In this document: positions 19,479 through 28,476 of the stretch, one piece after another
How positions within the stretch are numbered: the stretch's first letter is position 1
Layout: each line of letters begins with the position of its first letter
Source of the DNA: an uncultured Gemmatimonadales bacterium
GTDB lineage: Bacteria; Gemmatimonadota; Gemmatimonadetes; Gemmatimonadales; GWC2-71-9
NCBI GenBank assembly: GCA_963828735.1
Contig: CAWHFW010000005.1
Location: 2,240,001 to 2,304,000, forward strand
DNA: 64,000 nucleotides
Direction: 5' to 3'
The notes under the pieces: model-generated
Told to the model about the DNA's origin: nothing
Databases searched by the model: none
Seen by the model: only the letters and a program-made list of their open reading frames with translations
Program-made: the position numbers and the translations under genes

Positions 19479-19957
19479 TACTTCGCGCTGGGGAGAATCA
19501 CCACCTGGGAGCCGTCGATCTCGCAATGGGCCTGGTCCTCGGCGAAGAGCAGGCAGAAGGTGCCGTCGGCCTTCCAGCGCTGCCACCACATCAGCATGAT
19601 CCCACGATCCGCGCCGGAGAACTGGGCGTAGGGTCGCTGGCCGGCGGTGAGCGCGATGTGGGTGTGCACGGTGCCCTGCCACAGGGGCGGGCCGCAGGCC
19701 TCGAGGGAGGCCTGGGCCGACACCGCGAGCGAATCCGCCCCCGCGACGAGCGGTTGGACCCGAGTGATCCGCAGAGTGTCGCCGTCGATGACACTCGCGA
19801 GACAGGCGACCTGCTCCGTCCGTGCAGCGATGCTGGCGCTCCAGAGCGCGTGCAGGCCCGTGACGGCCTCGGAGGTCACACTGAACGCGAGCGGCGCGCT
19901 CCCATGGGGCAGGGCGAGTGGGAGGGCCAGGATCGCCAGGGCCAACCGAGCCGTCAT
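19475..19957 (-). CDS. Exported JAB/MPN-like protein, paralog A
   Basis: Hydrophobic N-terminus; EQVACL...GTVHTH-x13-SGAD; ATGA overlap with the YVTN gene stop. Confidence 0.7.
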   Translation of the reverse strand: MTARLALAILALPLALPHGSAPLAFSVTSEAVTGLHALWSASIAARTEQVACLASVIDGDTLRITRVQPLVAGADSLAVSAQASLEACGPPLWQGTVHTHIALTAGQRPYAQFSGADRGIMLMWWQRWKADGTFCLLFAEDQAHCEIDGSQVVILPSAKY

Positions 19958-21063
19958 GGGGCCTCGCCCAGGGCGACGCCCCAGGGGATCTTGCCCACCG
20001 GAATCCTCTTCTCGACCGTCAGCTTGTCGGCATCCACCACGCTCACGTCGTTCGACGGGCCATTGGCCGTGTACAGCTTCCGGCCATCCGGGGTGATCGC
20101 GATGCCCCAGGGGCGCTGCCCCACCGGCACCGACGCGGTCAGCGAATCCGTGGCGACCTCGATCACGGACACGGTTCCTCCTCGTCCGTTGGTCACGTAG
20201 ATCCGCTTGCCGTCCGGCGAGGCGACCGAGCCCATCGTCCTCGAATCCTTGGGCATCGGAAGCACCGCGATCTTCTTCCGGGTCGCCGCGTCGAGCACCC
20301 AGACGGTACCGTCGACCTCGGACGTGACGTACGCTCTGGCGCCGTCTGGCGTGAACGCGAGCGACCGCGGCCGCTTCCCGACCTCCACCTCGCCGATCTT
20401 CTTGCCGGTCTGAGTGTCCAGGATGGTGACGTTGTGATCCGTCTCGCCCGTCACCCAGACAGCCTTCCCGTCGGGCTGGACCTTCACGCCCTCAGGCTCT
20501 TTCCCGACGGGGATGGTCGCGCGAATCTTCCCGCTCGCCACGTCCACGATCGACGCGGTGCCCGCATCCTCGTTGGAGACGAAGAGCGTGCTGCCGTCGA
20601 GGCTGATGTCGAACGCCTCCGGGTCCGACCCGCCCGGGAGCACGCGAGTCACCTTGCGCGCCACGGCGTCCACCACCGCGATGCCGTCCTTCGACTTGTC
20701 GGACTTGAGCTTTTCGCACTCCTCGTCGGGCATGGTCGGCGGACACTTCGGGCTCCCGCTCAGCGCGACGAAGATGGTCTTGCCGTCGGGACTCACGCGC
20801 ACGCCGCGTGGCCGGGTGCCGACGGGGATGGTGGTCACCACGCTGTCCGTACGCGTGTCGATCACGGTGAGGTCCTGCGAGTCCTCGTTCGTGACGTAGG
20901 CCAGCAGCGCCTTGCCGGCCGGCGCGGCGGCCTGGCTCGGCGCGGCCGAGTCGGTGGCCGACGGGCGAGCCTCACGCGGCCCGCACGCGGCACCGAGGGC
21001 GAGGGCGAGCGCCGGGGCGGCGCGAAGGCGAACGATAGGGCGGCGGTCGGTATTACTTGGCAT
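19954..21063 (-). CDS. YVTN beta-propeller lipoprotein (PQQ-dehydrogenase-associated type)
   Basis: Lipobox-like LGAAC; repeated YVTN/FVSN/SPDGK/IPVGxxP blades. Confidence 0.88.
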   Translation of the reverse strand: MPSNTDRRPIVRLRAAPALALALGAACGPREARPSATDSAAPSQAAAPAGKALLAYVTNEDSQDLTVIDTRTDSVVTTIPVGTRPRGVRVSPDGKTIFVALSGSPKCPPTMPDEECEKLKSDKSKDGIAVVDAVARKVTRVLPGGSDPEAFDISLDGSTLFVSNEDAGTASIVDVASGKIRATIPVGKEPEGVKVQPDGKAVWVTGETDHNVTILDTQTGKKIGEVEVGKRPRSLAFTPDGARAYVTSEVDGTVWVLDAATRKKIAVLPMPKDSRTMGSVASPDGKRIYVTNGRGGTVSVIEVATDSLTASVPVGQRPWGIAITPDGRKLYTANGPSNDVSVVDADKLTVEKRIPVGKIPWGVALGEAP

Positions 21064-21943
21064 CGAATGTGGCCTTGTCTCGGTTACGGGCTTCGGTCAT
21101 GCCCTGGACGCGGTCCAGCCCGATGGCGCCGGTGAAATCCGCGCCGTCCAGGTTCGCCTTGTCCAGCTTGGCCCCGGTGAGGTCGGCGTGTGTGAGGTCG
21201 GTCTGCACCAGCTCGGCGTTGCTCAGCGTGGTTCCGGTCAGCCGGGCTTTGGCCAAGGTCGCGTGGGACAGGTCGGCCTTGAAGAGGTTGGTGTTCGACA
21301 GGTCGGCCCCGGTGAGGTCGGCGCCGACGAACGTCGCGCGCATCACGCCCATCGACTGGTTGCCGGGGTCGGCGCCCATGTTGGCGTTGCGCATGATCGC
21401 TCCGGTGAGCTTGGCGCTCCGGAGGTACCCGATGACGCGCGTGCCCGACAGGTTGGCCTCGCTCAGGTCGGCCGCTTCGATGATCGTGGCGAAGAGGCTC
21501 GCCCCCTCGAGGTTGGCGTGCTGAAGCTTGGCGCGTCGAAGCACCGTGCCGTCGAGATTGGCTTTGGTGAAGTCGGCGCCGGTGAGGATCGCGTCGGTGA
21601 GGTCGCACGAGAACAGGTTGGCGCCTGCCAGCTTGCTGCCGGCCAGCGAGACGCCGGTCAGGTTGGCGCGCTTGAAATCCACGCCGGTCAGGTCGAGCCC
21701 GCTGAGGTTGGCCTTGGCGAAGTCGGGAGGCGAGCTCTGCGTCGCGGCGGCGAGGCGCGACTTGACCTCGGCCGCCGTGAGCCGAACAGTCGGAGAATCG
21801 GCCCGCTCTGCCCGGAGCGGTCCACTCGCGGAGCGGAACAGCCCGGTGGCGCTGGCCGGACCCGCGGTGCCGCCGAGCGGCACCGCGACGAGGATCGCGA
21901 TGCCCGCCTGGAGCCAGGGTGAGATCGGTACGACAGTCGGCAT
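21053..21943 (-). CDS. Exported pentapeptide-repeat protein
   Basis: Long A(N/D)LxG pentapeptide array; N-terminal hydrophobic signal. Confidence 0.9.
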   Translation of the reverse strand: MPTVVPISPWLQAGIAILVAVPLGGTAGPASATGLFRSASGPLRAERADSPTVRLTAAEVKSRLAAATQSSPPDFAKANLSGLDLTGVDFKRANLTGVSLAGSKLAGANLFSCDLTDAILTGADFTKANLDGTVLRRAKLQHANLEGASLFATIIEAADLSEANLSGTRVIGYLRSAKLTGAIMRNANMGADPGNQSMGVMRATFVGADLTGADLSNTNLFKADLSHATLAKARLTGTTLSNAELVQTDLTHADLTGAKLDKANLDGADFTGAIGLDRVQGMTEARNRDKATFDAK

Positions 21944-22083
21944 CGCTCGCCCCCCGTTGGGGTGGTCGTGGGACCGTGCCTCGTGAACATATCCGGACTC
22001 GGCCTGCTTGGCCAACGTACCGGACAAAAGAAGACGGGACCGCGAAGCTCCGCGGTCCCGTCGGCCGTGCCACCCTCGAGCGG

Positions 22084-22524
22084 TCAGCCCTCGCGTTTGA
22101 CCGCTGGTCGGCCGGGCGCGAGCTTCGCGTCGCTTCTCGCCTTCACATAGCTGTAGATCTTGTCGATCGTTGGGATCTCCATCCCGAGCGAGCACCAGGA
22201 CGGCATGCCCTTCTCCGGACGTCCGGCGCAGACCGTCTGCATGAACAGCTCTTTCGTGTTGATCGGTCCGTCGGCCTTGAGCGAGAGGATCAAGTGCGGG
22301 GCGAAGGACGTCCCGAGCGCGTCCTCACCGTGGCACCGGGCACAGTTCAGGTTGAACTGCTTCCACCCGTCGTACACCTCCTGGGTCACAGTGTCCCGCG
22401 GCGCCTGGTGGTAGGCATCGCGGAGCTCCTGGGCGACGGCGCGCGTCGTGAGGGCCGAGGCTGCCAGGAGCACGCCGGCACCCAGCACGATCCGGCGAAG
22501 AACGGCGGTGAGGGGCGTACGCAT
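22084..22524 (-). CDS. Cytochrome c, probable electron acceptor of XoxF (XoxG/PedF-like role)
   Basis: Signal peptide, NCARCHG, GMPSW; directly downstream of xoxJ. Confidence 0.85.
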   Translation of the reverse strand: MRTPLTAVLRRIVLGAGVLLAASALTTRAVAQELRDAYHQAPRDTVTQEVYDGWKQFNLNCARCHGEDALGTSFAPHLILSLKADGPINTKELFMQTVCAGRPEKGMPSWCSLGMEIPTIDKIYSYVKARSDAKLAPGRPAVKREG

Positions 22525-22643
22525 GCTCGCAGACGTTCCTTTCGTTTGCAGGGGAGGTTCCAGACTGCCGCCGGCCGCGCAACATCCGCGGCCGGCTATC
22601 TCGACACTTGTACCGTGCGGCCGTCAGACCGCGGCGCGGAGAC

Positions 22644-23534
22644 TCATCCCGGCCCGGCCTTCTTGGCCGTATCGGTCGCGGACTTTTCCTGGGCCTCGGT
22701 GACGATCGGCAGCATCGGGATGTTGTACTGCTTGAGAATGCCGTCGATCTCCGGCCGCCGCCGGTCGAGCACCGCCTGGACGCTGTCGCGGAAGTCCTTG
22801 TCACGCCGGCGGACGGCGATGCCCATGTTGTATTGGAACGGAATGTCGCTCAGGCTGTCCTTCGCCGGGAGAGGCGTGAGCACGAGCGGCACGGGGGACT
22901 GCTTCGCGAAGTAGCCGGCGAGCGGCCCCCAGACGATGGCGAGGTCCACGTCCTTGTTGGCCACACCCTTGATGATGTCCTCTGGGCGCTCTTTGTCACT
23001 GAAAAACGTGAAATAGCCGGTCAGGTTGCCCACCACGCCATAGCGGCTCAGGGCCATGGCCGGCGGCGAGTTCTCGGCGTCGGAGGTGTACATGTTGACG
23101 CCGATCTTGAGCTTCTTGAGCCGCGGGTCGGCCAGCGACTTGAGGTCCTCGAGCCCGCTGCCCTGACGAACCACGAACACATAGCCCGAGCGGAAGTAGG
23201 GCTTGGTTACGCCGGCTATGTCGAGGCCGGCCGGCGCCTCCATCGCCATGTCGCAGTACATGCCGTTCAGGATGCGGAAGTAGCCTCGCCGCGTGGGGTA
23301 CCACACGTAGGTCAGTTTGGCCTTCAGCTCCGTCGCGACCAGCTCCGCGATCTTGTTCTCGAAGCCCTCACTCTTTTCGTTGGACGAGGGCATGTTGTCC
23401 GGGTCGGCACAGACCCGGATGAGGCCCGGGTCCCTGGGCGCGGGGCGCTGGGCATGAGCCGGTACGGCCCGGACCAGGCCGAAGCCGGCCAGCACCAGGA
23501 AACACGCAGTCTGTGAAGCACGGTGCGACATCAC
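22644..23534 (-). CDS. xoxJ: XoxJ/MxaJ-like periplasmic binding protein
   Basis: RVCADPDNMPSSN..GFENKIAE, TKPYFRSGY, AIVWGPLAGYF; follows xoxF. Confidence 0.88.
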   Translation of the reverse strand: MMSHRASQTACFLVLAGFGLVRAVPAHAQRPAPRDPGLIRVCADPDNMPSSNEKSEGFENKIAELVATELKAKLTYVWYPTRRGYFRILNGMYCDMAMEAPAGLDIAGVTKPYFRSGYVFVVRQGSGLEDLKSLADPRLKKLKIGVNMYTSDAENSPPAMALSRYGVVGNLTGYFTFFSDKERPEDIIKGVANKDVDLAIVWGPLAGYFAKQSPVPLVLTPLPAKDSLSDIPFQYNMGIAVRRRDKDFRDSVQAVLDRRRPEIDGILKQYNIPMLPIVTEAQEKSATDTAKKAGPG

Positions 23535-23565
23535 GCCATCCTGTCTCGAGTCTCTCCTGAACGAC

Positions 23566-23656
23566 CACGGCGCCGGAGCTGACCGCGCCCCGGCGCCGTG
23601 CTCATTTCGTAATTTACCCCCCTGGCGACCGGAGGCTATACCCTCCGGACCGCCAG
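23566..23656 (-). promoter_or_regulatory. Two GC-rich hairpins between xoxF and xoxJ
   Basis: cacggcgccgg..ccggcgccgtg (23566-23600) and ctggcg-a-ccggagg..cctccgg-ac-cgccag (23622-23656); no clear U-tract. Confidence 0.55.
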
Positions 23657-23669
23657 AGCTTCTGCCGTA

Positions 23670-25553
23670 TTACTTCGGCGCCGCCATGTTCTTGAGACCG
23701 AACACGGTCATCACGCCGCCCTGGGTGCTGAACTGGCCCGCGTCGCCGAAGGCGCCGAGCGCGCCGAGACCGGCGGTCGGATCTTCTGCGCCGATGCCAG
23801 CGGCCACGCCGATACCGGCCCAGCCGCCGATGCCCGAGTAGACGGCCACGTACTGCTGGCCATCCGGCCCGAGGTAGGTCATCGGGTTGCCGATGATGCC
23901 CGACGGCGTCTTGAACTGCCAGAGGACCTTGCCGGTCTTGGCATCGACGCCCTTGAGCCAGCCTTCCATGGTGCCGTAGAAGACGAGCCCGCCGGCCGTG
24001 GTCATGGCCCCGCCGTACGCCGCGAGGTTCTCCTTGATCTCCCACACCACGGAGCCCTTCATCGGATCCCAGGCGATGAACCGGCCGCGATGGCCGCCGG
24101 GGCCCGGGAACATCCGCACGATCGCGCCGACGTACGGCTGACCGGCGGTGTACTTCACCTCGACGCCTTCATAGTCCATGCAGATGTGGTTCGCCGGGAC
24201 GTAGAAGAGGCCGGTGACCGGCGAGTACGCCGAGGGCTGCTGATCCTTGAAGCCGATGGCGGCCGGGCAGATGCCCTCGCCGTTCTTCTTCGAGGAGGTG
24301 CCGTACTTCGGATCCTTGACCGGCACGCCGGTGGTCGTGACGCCCTCGACCGGGGTGCCCGTGCCGCCGTTTTTGGCCCAGTTGATCGGGCCGTACGCGT
24401 TGCCGACGATAACCTTGCCGTTGGTGCGGTCGACCGTGTACGCGATGCCGTTACGATCGAAGTGGGCAAGCAGCTTCTTGCCACCGCTCTCGAACAGCAC
24501 GTTCTCGTTCACGCCGTCATAGTCCCACTCATCGTGCGGGGTCATCTGGTAGGCCCAGACCACCGTGCCGTCATCCGGCTTCCGCGCGAACATGGTCATC
24601 GACCACTTGTTGTCGCCCGGCCGCTGGTCAGGATTCCAGGTGCCCGGGTTGCCCACGCTGTAGTAGAAGTTGTCGAGCTCGGGGTCGTAGGAGTACCAGC
24701 CCCACGTGGTCCCGCCGCCCCGCTTCCACTCGTCGCCCTGCCAGGTCGAGACGCCGAGATCCTTGCCCTTGTGAGACGGATAGTTCGCGTTCGCGTCGCC
24801 CTTGAGGAGGACTTCGTCGTCCGGGCCGGTGCTGTAGCCGGTCCAGATGTGCTCGCCCGTGTTGGCGTCGAAGGCCGAGACGCGGCCGCGCACGCCGAAC
24901 TCGCCGCCGGAGATACCGGCGATGACGATTTCCTTGCCCGACTTGGTCTTGATGTAGATCGGGGCGTTGGTCATCGTGGCGCCCTGCTTGTAGCCGTTGG
25001 CCTCGACCCCGGCGTTCGAGTGATCCGGGTGCTTGGCCTTCCACAGCTCCTTGCCGGTCTTCGCGTCGAGGGCGATCAGCTCACCCTGCAGCGCCTGGAT
25101 GTAGATCTTCCCGCTCGGGCTGTACGCCGTTCCACGATTCACCAGGTCGCAGCACGCGATTGGAATCGCGTCGGGCGACTGGTTGGGCACGTACTTCCAG
25201 ATCTGCGGCGCGCCGGGCTTCGACAGATCGAGCGCGTACACGATGTTCGGGAAGGACGTGTTGACGTACATCACATTGCCGATGACGAGCGGATTGCCCT
25301 CGTGGCCGCGCAGCGTGCCGGTCGAGAACGACCAGACGGGCCGCAGCTCGCCGACGTTGGCCGTCGTGATCTGCTTGAGCGGGCTGAACCGCTGCAGGCT
25401 GTAATCACGGCCGGTCATCGTCCATTCGCCCTCTTTGCCGTTCAGGGTCCATGCCCCTGTACGAGCAGCCTGGGCGTTGGCGGACGCAACGAAGGCTACG
25501 CTCAGCCCCGCCGCGATCCCGCCGCACAGCACCTTCTGCGTAAAGCGGTTCAT
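23670..25553 (-). CDS. xoxF: Lanthanide-dependent PQQ methanol dehydrogenase XoxF
   Basis: FSTGTLRGHEG, ACCDLVNRG, GISGGEFGVRG, GNPGTWN, RPGDNKWSMT, HDEWDYDGVNE (extra Ln-binding Asp), GIGGWAG; signal peptide from MNRFTQK. Confidence 0.93.
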   Translation of the reverse strand: MNRFTQKVLCGGIAAGLSVAFVASANAQAARTGAWTLNGKEGEWTMTGRDYSLQRFSPLKQITTANVGELRPVWSFSTGTLRGHEGNPLVIGNVMYVNTSFPNIVYALDLSKPGAPQIWKYVPNQSPDAIPIACCDLVNRGTAYSPSGKIYIQALQGELIALDAKTGKELWKAKHPDHSNAGVEANGYKQGATMTNAPIYIKTKSGKEIVIAGISGGEFGVRGRVSAFDANTGEHIWTGYSTGPDDEVLLKGDANANYPSHKGKDLGVSTWQGDEWKRGGGTTWGWYSYDPELDNFYYSVGNPGTWNPDQRPGDNKWSMTMFARKPDDGTVVWAYQMTPHDEWDYDGVNENVLFESGGKKLLAHFDRNGIAYTVDRTNGKVIVGNAYGPINWAKNGGTGTPVEGVTTTGVPVKDPKYGTSSKKNGEGICPAAIGFKDQQPSAYSPVTGLFYVPANHICMDYEGVEVKYTAGQPYVGAIVRMFPGPGGHRGRFIAWDPMKGSVVWEIKENLAAYGGAMTTAGGLVFYGTMEGWLKGVDAKTGKVLWQFKTPSGIIGNPMTYLGPDGQQYVAVYSGIGGWAGIGVAAGIGAEDPTAGLGALGAFGDAGQFSTQGGVMTVFGLKNMAAPK

Positions 25554-26273
25554 AACTGACCTCAGGATGAAGGGTGGTTCTACTGCTCTACTGCATTTCG
25601 TTGCCGCGTGCTGGCTGACGTGTGCTGCGAGTGCCGGGGGCGGCTGAGGCGGCGACTGGGCTCGAGTCCCGCTCGTGGCTGCCGGCCGGCGCGACCTACG
25701 GACTGGCAGGACGGCCGGGCGGCGACGGCGGACCTCGTTCGGCCATCGCGGGGTCCCCGCGCTCGCTGCGGGATGGGGTTCTCCCTGAAGTACGCCTCGA
25801 GACAGCCCCGCGGATGGTCGCGGGATGCGCCACGGCGTCAGGGCACCGGGCTGGACTCGGGCACGAGGCAACGCTGTGAGGAGTGCGAAAACGACCAAGG
25901 GAAGGGAGCGACGAGGACCGGAAGGACAGGGGTGACGCGGTATGCCCGTTCGGATGCCACCGCCACCGCGTCGTTCCCGTGCGCCACGCGCCCTGCGAGG
26001 CGCAGGACCGCGCATCGACCGCGAGGGAATACGACATCGTGCCAACGGTGGAAGCGAACGGGAACAAGCCCATCTCACCCCTCAGCGTCGCCGCTGAACC
26101 ACGTTGTGCTCATTTAAAGAACTGCACTTGAGGAGGCGGCTCGGCACTGTGCCGCCCGAAACATTCTTCTGTTCCAAGCCCTGGAAACACTGGAGCAGTC
26201 CCGCGACAGTCGACTGTGGCACTGCGACGCGAACATCAGCCAAGTCGCCGCCTGCGGGAGGCTTAGAGGGGCC

Positions 26274-26302
26274 AGTATACATCGTGCAAAATGAACTGTC
26301 AA
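26274..26302 (-). promoter_or_regulatory. Near-consensus sigma70 promoter pointing to xoxF
   Basis: TTGACA-N17-TATACT on the minus strand, overlapping the mptG stop. Confidence 0.75.
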
Positions 26303-27276
26303 TCACGGTTTCCGGCATTTCGCGACCGCCAGACCCGGGCCCCGGACCCCGCGAATCCCCCCTCGAAAACCTGGCCGCCCGGTCCCGCCACCTCCGCTGC
26401 CCGCCCCGCCAGCGCCCGTCCCTCCTCCACGCTCCCGACCAGCCCATACACCGCGGGCCCCCAGGAGCTCTGCCCGACCCCCGCCGCCCCCCACTCCGCC
26501 AGGCGTCCGACCAGCGTTTCCGAGGGGCCGCGCGCGAAGGTCCCGCCTTGCTCGGGAGCGAACCACGCGCCGGTGATGCGCTGGATCTCCGTGAGCGCGG
26601 CGCCGAAGCTCGTGAGATCGGCCTCCGCCAGCGCCGGCAACAGCTGCATCAGCACCAGGTGCGCGACGCGCTCCACTTCACGCTCGGCGGGCGGCGCGAG
26701 CCGTTCGAACGCCGCGGCCTCGGCGTCGCCGCTCAAGCCAGGGGTGCCCCGAGGCACCACCACCACGCAGCGCCATGTTGCCGGAAGTGGAAAACGGGCC
26801 AGCAGCGGTGCGATGTCGCCCGCCCCCGGCCTGCGTCCACCTTCCACGATGAAGCCGCCCAGGGCGAATGTCCAGGTGCCGATCGCCGATCGGCGGCCAC
26901 GGTCCACCGCGCGCGCCAGGGCGGCGGGCTCGGTCGGGAGGCCGTAGAGCTCCGCGAGCGCGCGCGCCACGGCCAGGCCGAGCTGGGTGCCGGAGCCGAG
27001 TCCGCTGTGCGGCGGGATCGCCCGATGCACCGTCAGACGCACGCCGCCAGTGAGCTCGTGGTGGGCGAGGAATCGCTCCGCGAACGCCATGGCGCGCTCC
27101 GCCTCCGGTCCACGGGCGCTCAACCCTGTGGCCCGGACCGCCTCCAGCAACAGCGATGGCGCCGGCACTGCGGCGCCCAGTCCGCCAAAGCGCCGGCCCA
27201 GTGCCCCGCGGAGGTCGAGCACCCCGAAATGGAGCCGGGCATCCGCCTCCACGAAGACGCTACCGGTCTCGGACAT
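26299..27276 (-). CDS. mptG: Beta-ribofuranosylaminobenzene 5'-phosphate synthase (GHMP family)
   Basis: ARLHFG, RRFGGLG, HSGLGSGTQL, RGRRSAIG, GGFIVEGG, GQSSWGP. Confidence 0.92.
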   Translation of the reverse strand: MSETGSVFVEADARLHFGVLDLRGALGRRFGGLGAAVPAPSLLLEAVRATGLSARGPEAERAMAFAERFLAHHELTGGVRLTVHRAIPPHSGLGSGTQLGLAVARALAELYGLPTEPAALARAVDRGRRSAIGTWTFALGGFIVEGGRRPGAGDIAPLLARFPLPATWRCVVVVPRGTPGLSGDAEAAAFERLAPPAEREVERVAHLVLMQLLPALAEADLTSFGAALTEIQRITGAWFAPEQGGTFARGPSETLVGRLAEWGAAGVGQSSWGPAVYGLVGSVEEGRALAGRAAEVAGPGGQVFEGGFAGSGARVWRSRNAGNRD

Positions 27277-27805
27277 ACTCGGTGAGCATGGCCATCGCCT
27301 CATGCTCGCGCGGTCCGGCGGTCTTGTCCACGATGACCTGCAGGCGGGCGAACTCGGAGCGGATCTCCTCGCGCGGGATGAGGTGTGTCCGGGTCGCGAA
27401 GATGGCGGCCTCGAGCACCGCGTGGCGGGCGCGGTTGAAGCCGAGGAACTCCCGCCGGTTTCCGCGATGCACCACGCGGGTCTCGATGCGCGATCTGGGT
27501 GGCGTGTCGTCGATCGACACCACCTCGAGCTCGCGCCAGGAGCAAGCGGCCTCGAGCACCGCCCCGCGCACCACCGTCGCCGGCAGCCAGGGGAACTGGG
27601 GACTCGAAATGGCCCCCTGGGCGAACAGCATGACGTCGTCGGTGAGATTGACGACGGCCACCCGCGTCTCGCGCACGTTGCGGAACGTGGTCGTCTCGAG
27701 AAACGGCTTGATGACGATCGTCGGGTCGCCCCACTCGACGCCCATGGGGGCGAAGTTGATCGCCCCATCCGGCGCCATCGTCGTCAGGATGGACTCGATG
27801 ATCAC
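27260..27805 (-). CDS. DUF447 family protein (H4MPT-cluster associated)
   Basis: IIESILTT..NFAPMG, KPF..TTTFRN, GFNRARHAVLEAAI.ATR, IVDKTAG. Confidence 0.8.
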   Translation of the reverse strand: MIIESILTTMAPDGAINFAPMGVEWGDPTIVIKPFLETTTFRNVRETRVAVVNLTDDVMLFAQGAISSPQFPWLPATVVRGAVLEAACSWRELEVVSIDDTPPRSRIETRVVHRGNRREFLGFNRARHAVLEAAIFATRTHLIPREEIRSEFARLQVIVDKTAGPREHEAMAMLTEYVRDR

Positions 27806-28476
27806 CGCACGATATCCACCGGCGGTGGGGCGGAGGCGAGCGTGCTCTCTTCGGGGCCCGCGGGCACGAGCACGCAGTCGGCAGCGACGGGCACGGCGCG
27901 GGGAGTGGCCGGAACCCCGTGCAGGAAGTGATCGACCAGGCGGTAGCCGTGCTCCGTCAGCACCGATTCCGGGTGGAACTGCACCCCGTGCACCGGGTGC
28001 CGGGCGTGCTGGACGGCCATGATCTCGCCGTCCTCGGACGTCGCCAGGACCTCGAGATCGGACGGAACGGAGGCCGGCGCGATCACGAGCGAGTGGTATC
28101 GGGTCGCGCGAAACGGCGAGGGCAAGCCGTGAAAGATGCCGGCGCCGGTGTGGTGGATCATCGAGGTCTTGCCGTGCATGGGCTGACCGGCTCGAACGAT
28201 CTCGCCGCCGTAGGCGGCCCCGATGCATTGGTGTCCCAGACACACTCCCAGGATCGGTATCGTGGCGCCGAGACGGCGGACGACCTCGGTGGAAATCCCC
28301 GCCTCGGCGGGCGAGCAGGGACCCGGGGAAATGATGATGTGGGAGGGCGCCATCGCTTCCACGTCATCGACGCTCAGGGCGTCGTGCCGGAGGACCACCG
28401 GGGTTTCCCCGAGCTCACGGACGTAGCGCGCCAGGTTGTAGACGAACGAGTCGTAGTTGTCGAGCAGGAGGATCAT
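27802..28476 (-). CDS. pabA: Aminodeoxychorismate synthase glutaminase subunit
   Basis: LDNYDSFVYNL, SPGP, LGVCLGHQ, RYHSL, QFHPES. Confidence 0.88.
   Translation of the reverse strand: MILLLDNYDSFVYNLARYVRELGETPVVLRHDALSVDDVEAMAPSHIIISPGPCSPAEAGISTEVVRRLGATIPILGVCLGHQCIGAAYGGEIVRAGQPMHGKTSMIHHTGAGIFHGLPSPFRATRYHSLVIAPASVPSDLEVLATSEDGEIMAVQHARHPVHGVQFHPESVLTEHGYRLVDHFLHGVPATPRAVPVAADCVLVPAGPEESTLASAPPPVDIVR

Noticed and set aside
23670..25553. Calcium-dependent MxaF or ExaA/PedH-type ethanol dehydrogenase
   Set aside because: The D-Y-D motif is present (MxaF has D-x-A), no mxaI follows, and the RPGDNKW and CCD-VNRG context is methanol-dehydrogenase type
25554..26078. 175-aa N-terminal extension of xoxF in the ORF track, and ORF 25696..26073
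   Set aside because: Low-complexity Arg/Pro/Ser-rich translation; the signal peptide and GAGG RBS fit ATG 25553
25554..26298. pqqA precursor peptide in the xoxF leader
   Set aside because: No short ORF with an E-x-x-x-Y motif and PqqA-like context found by eye
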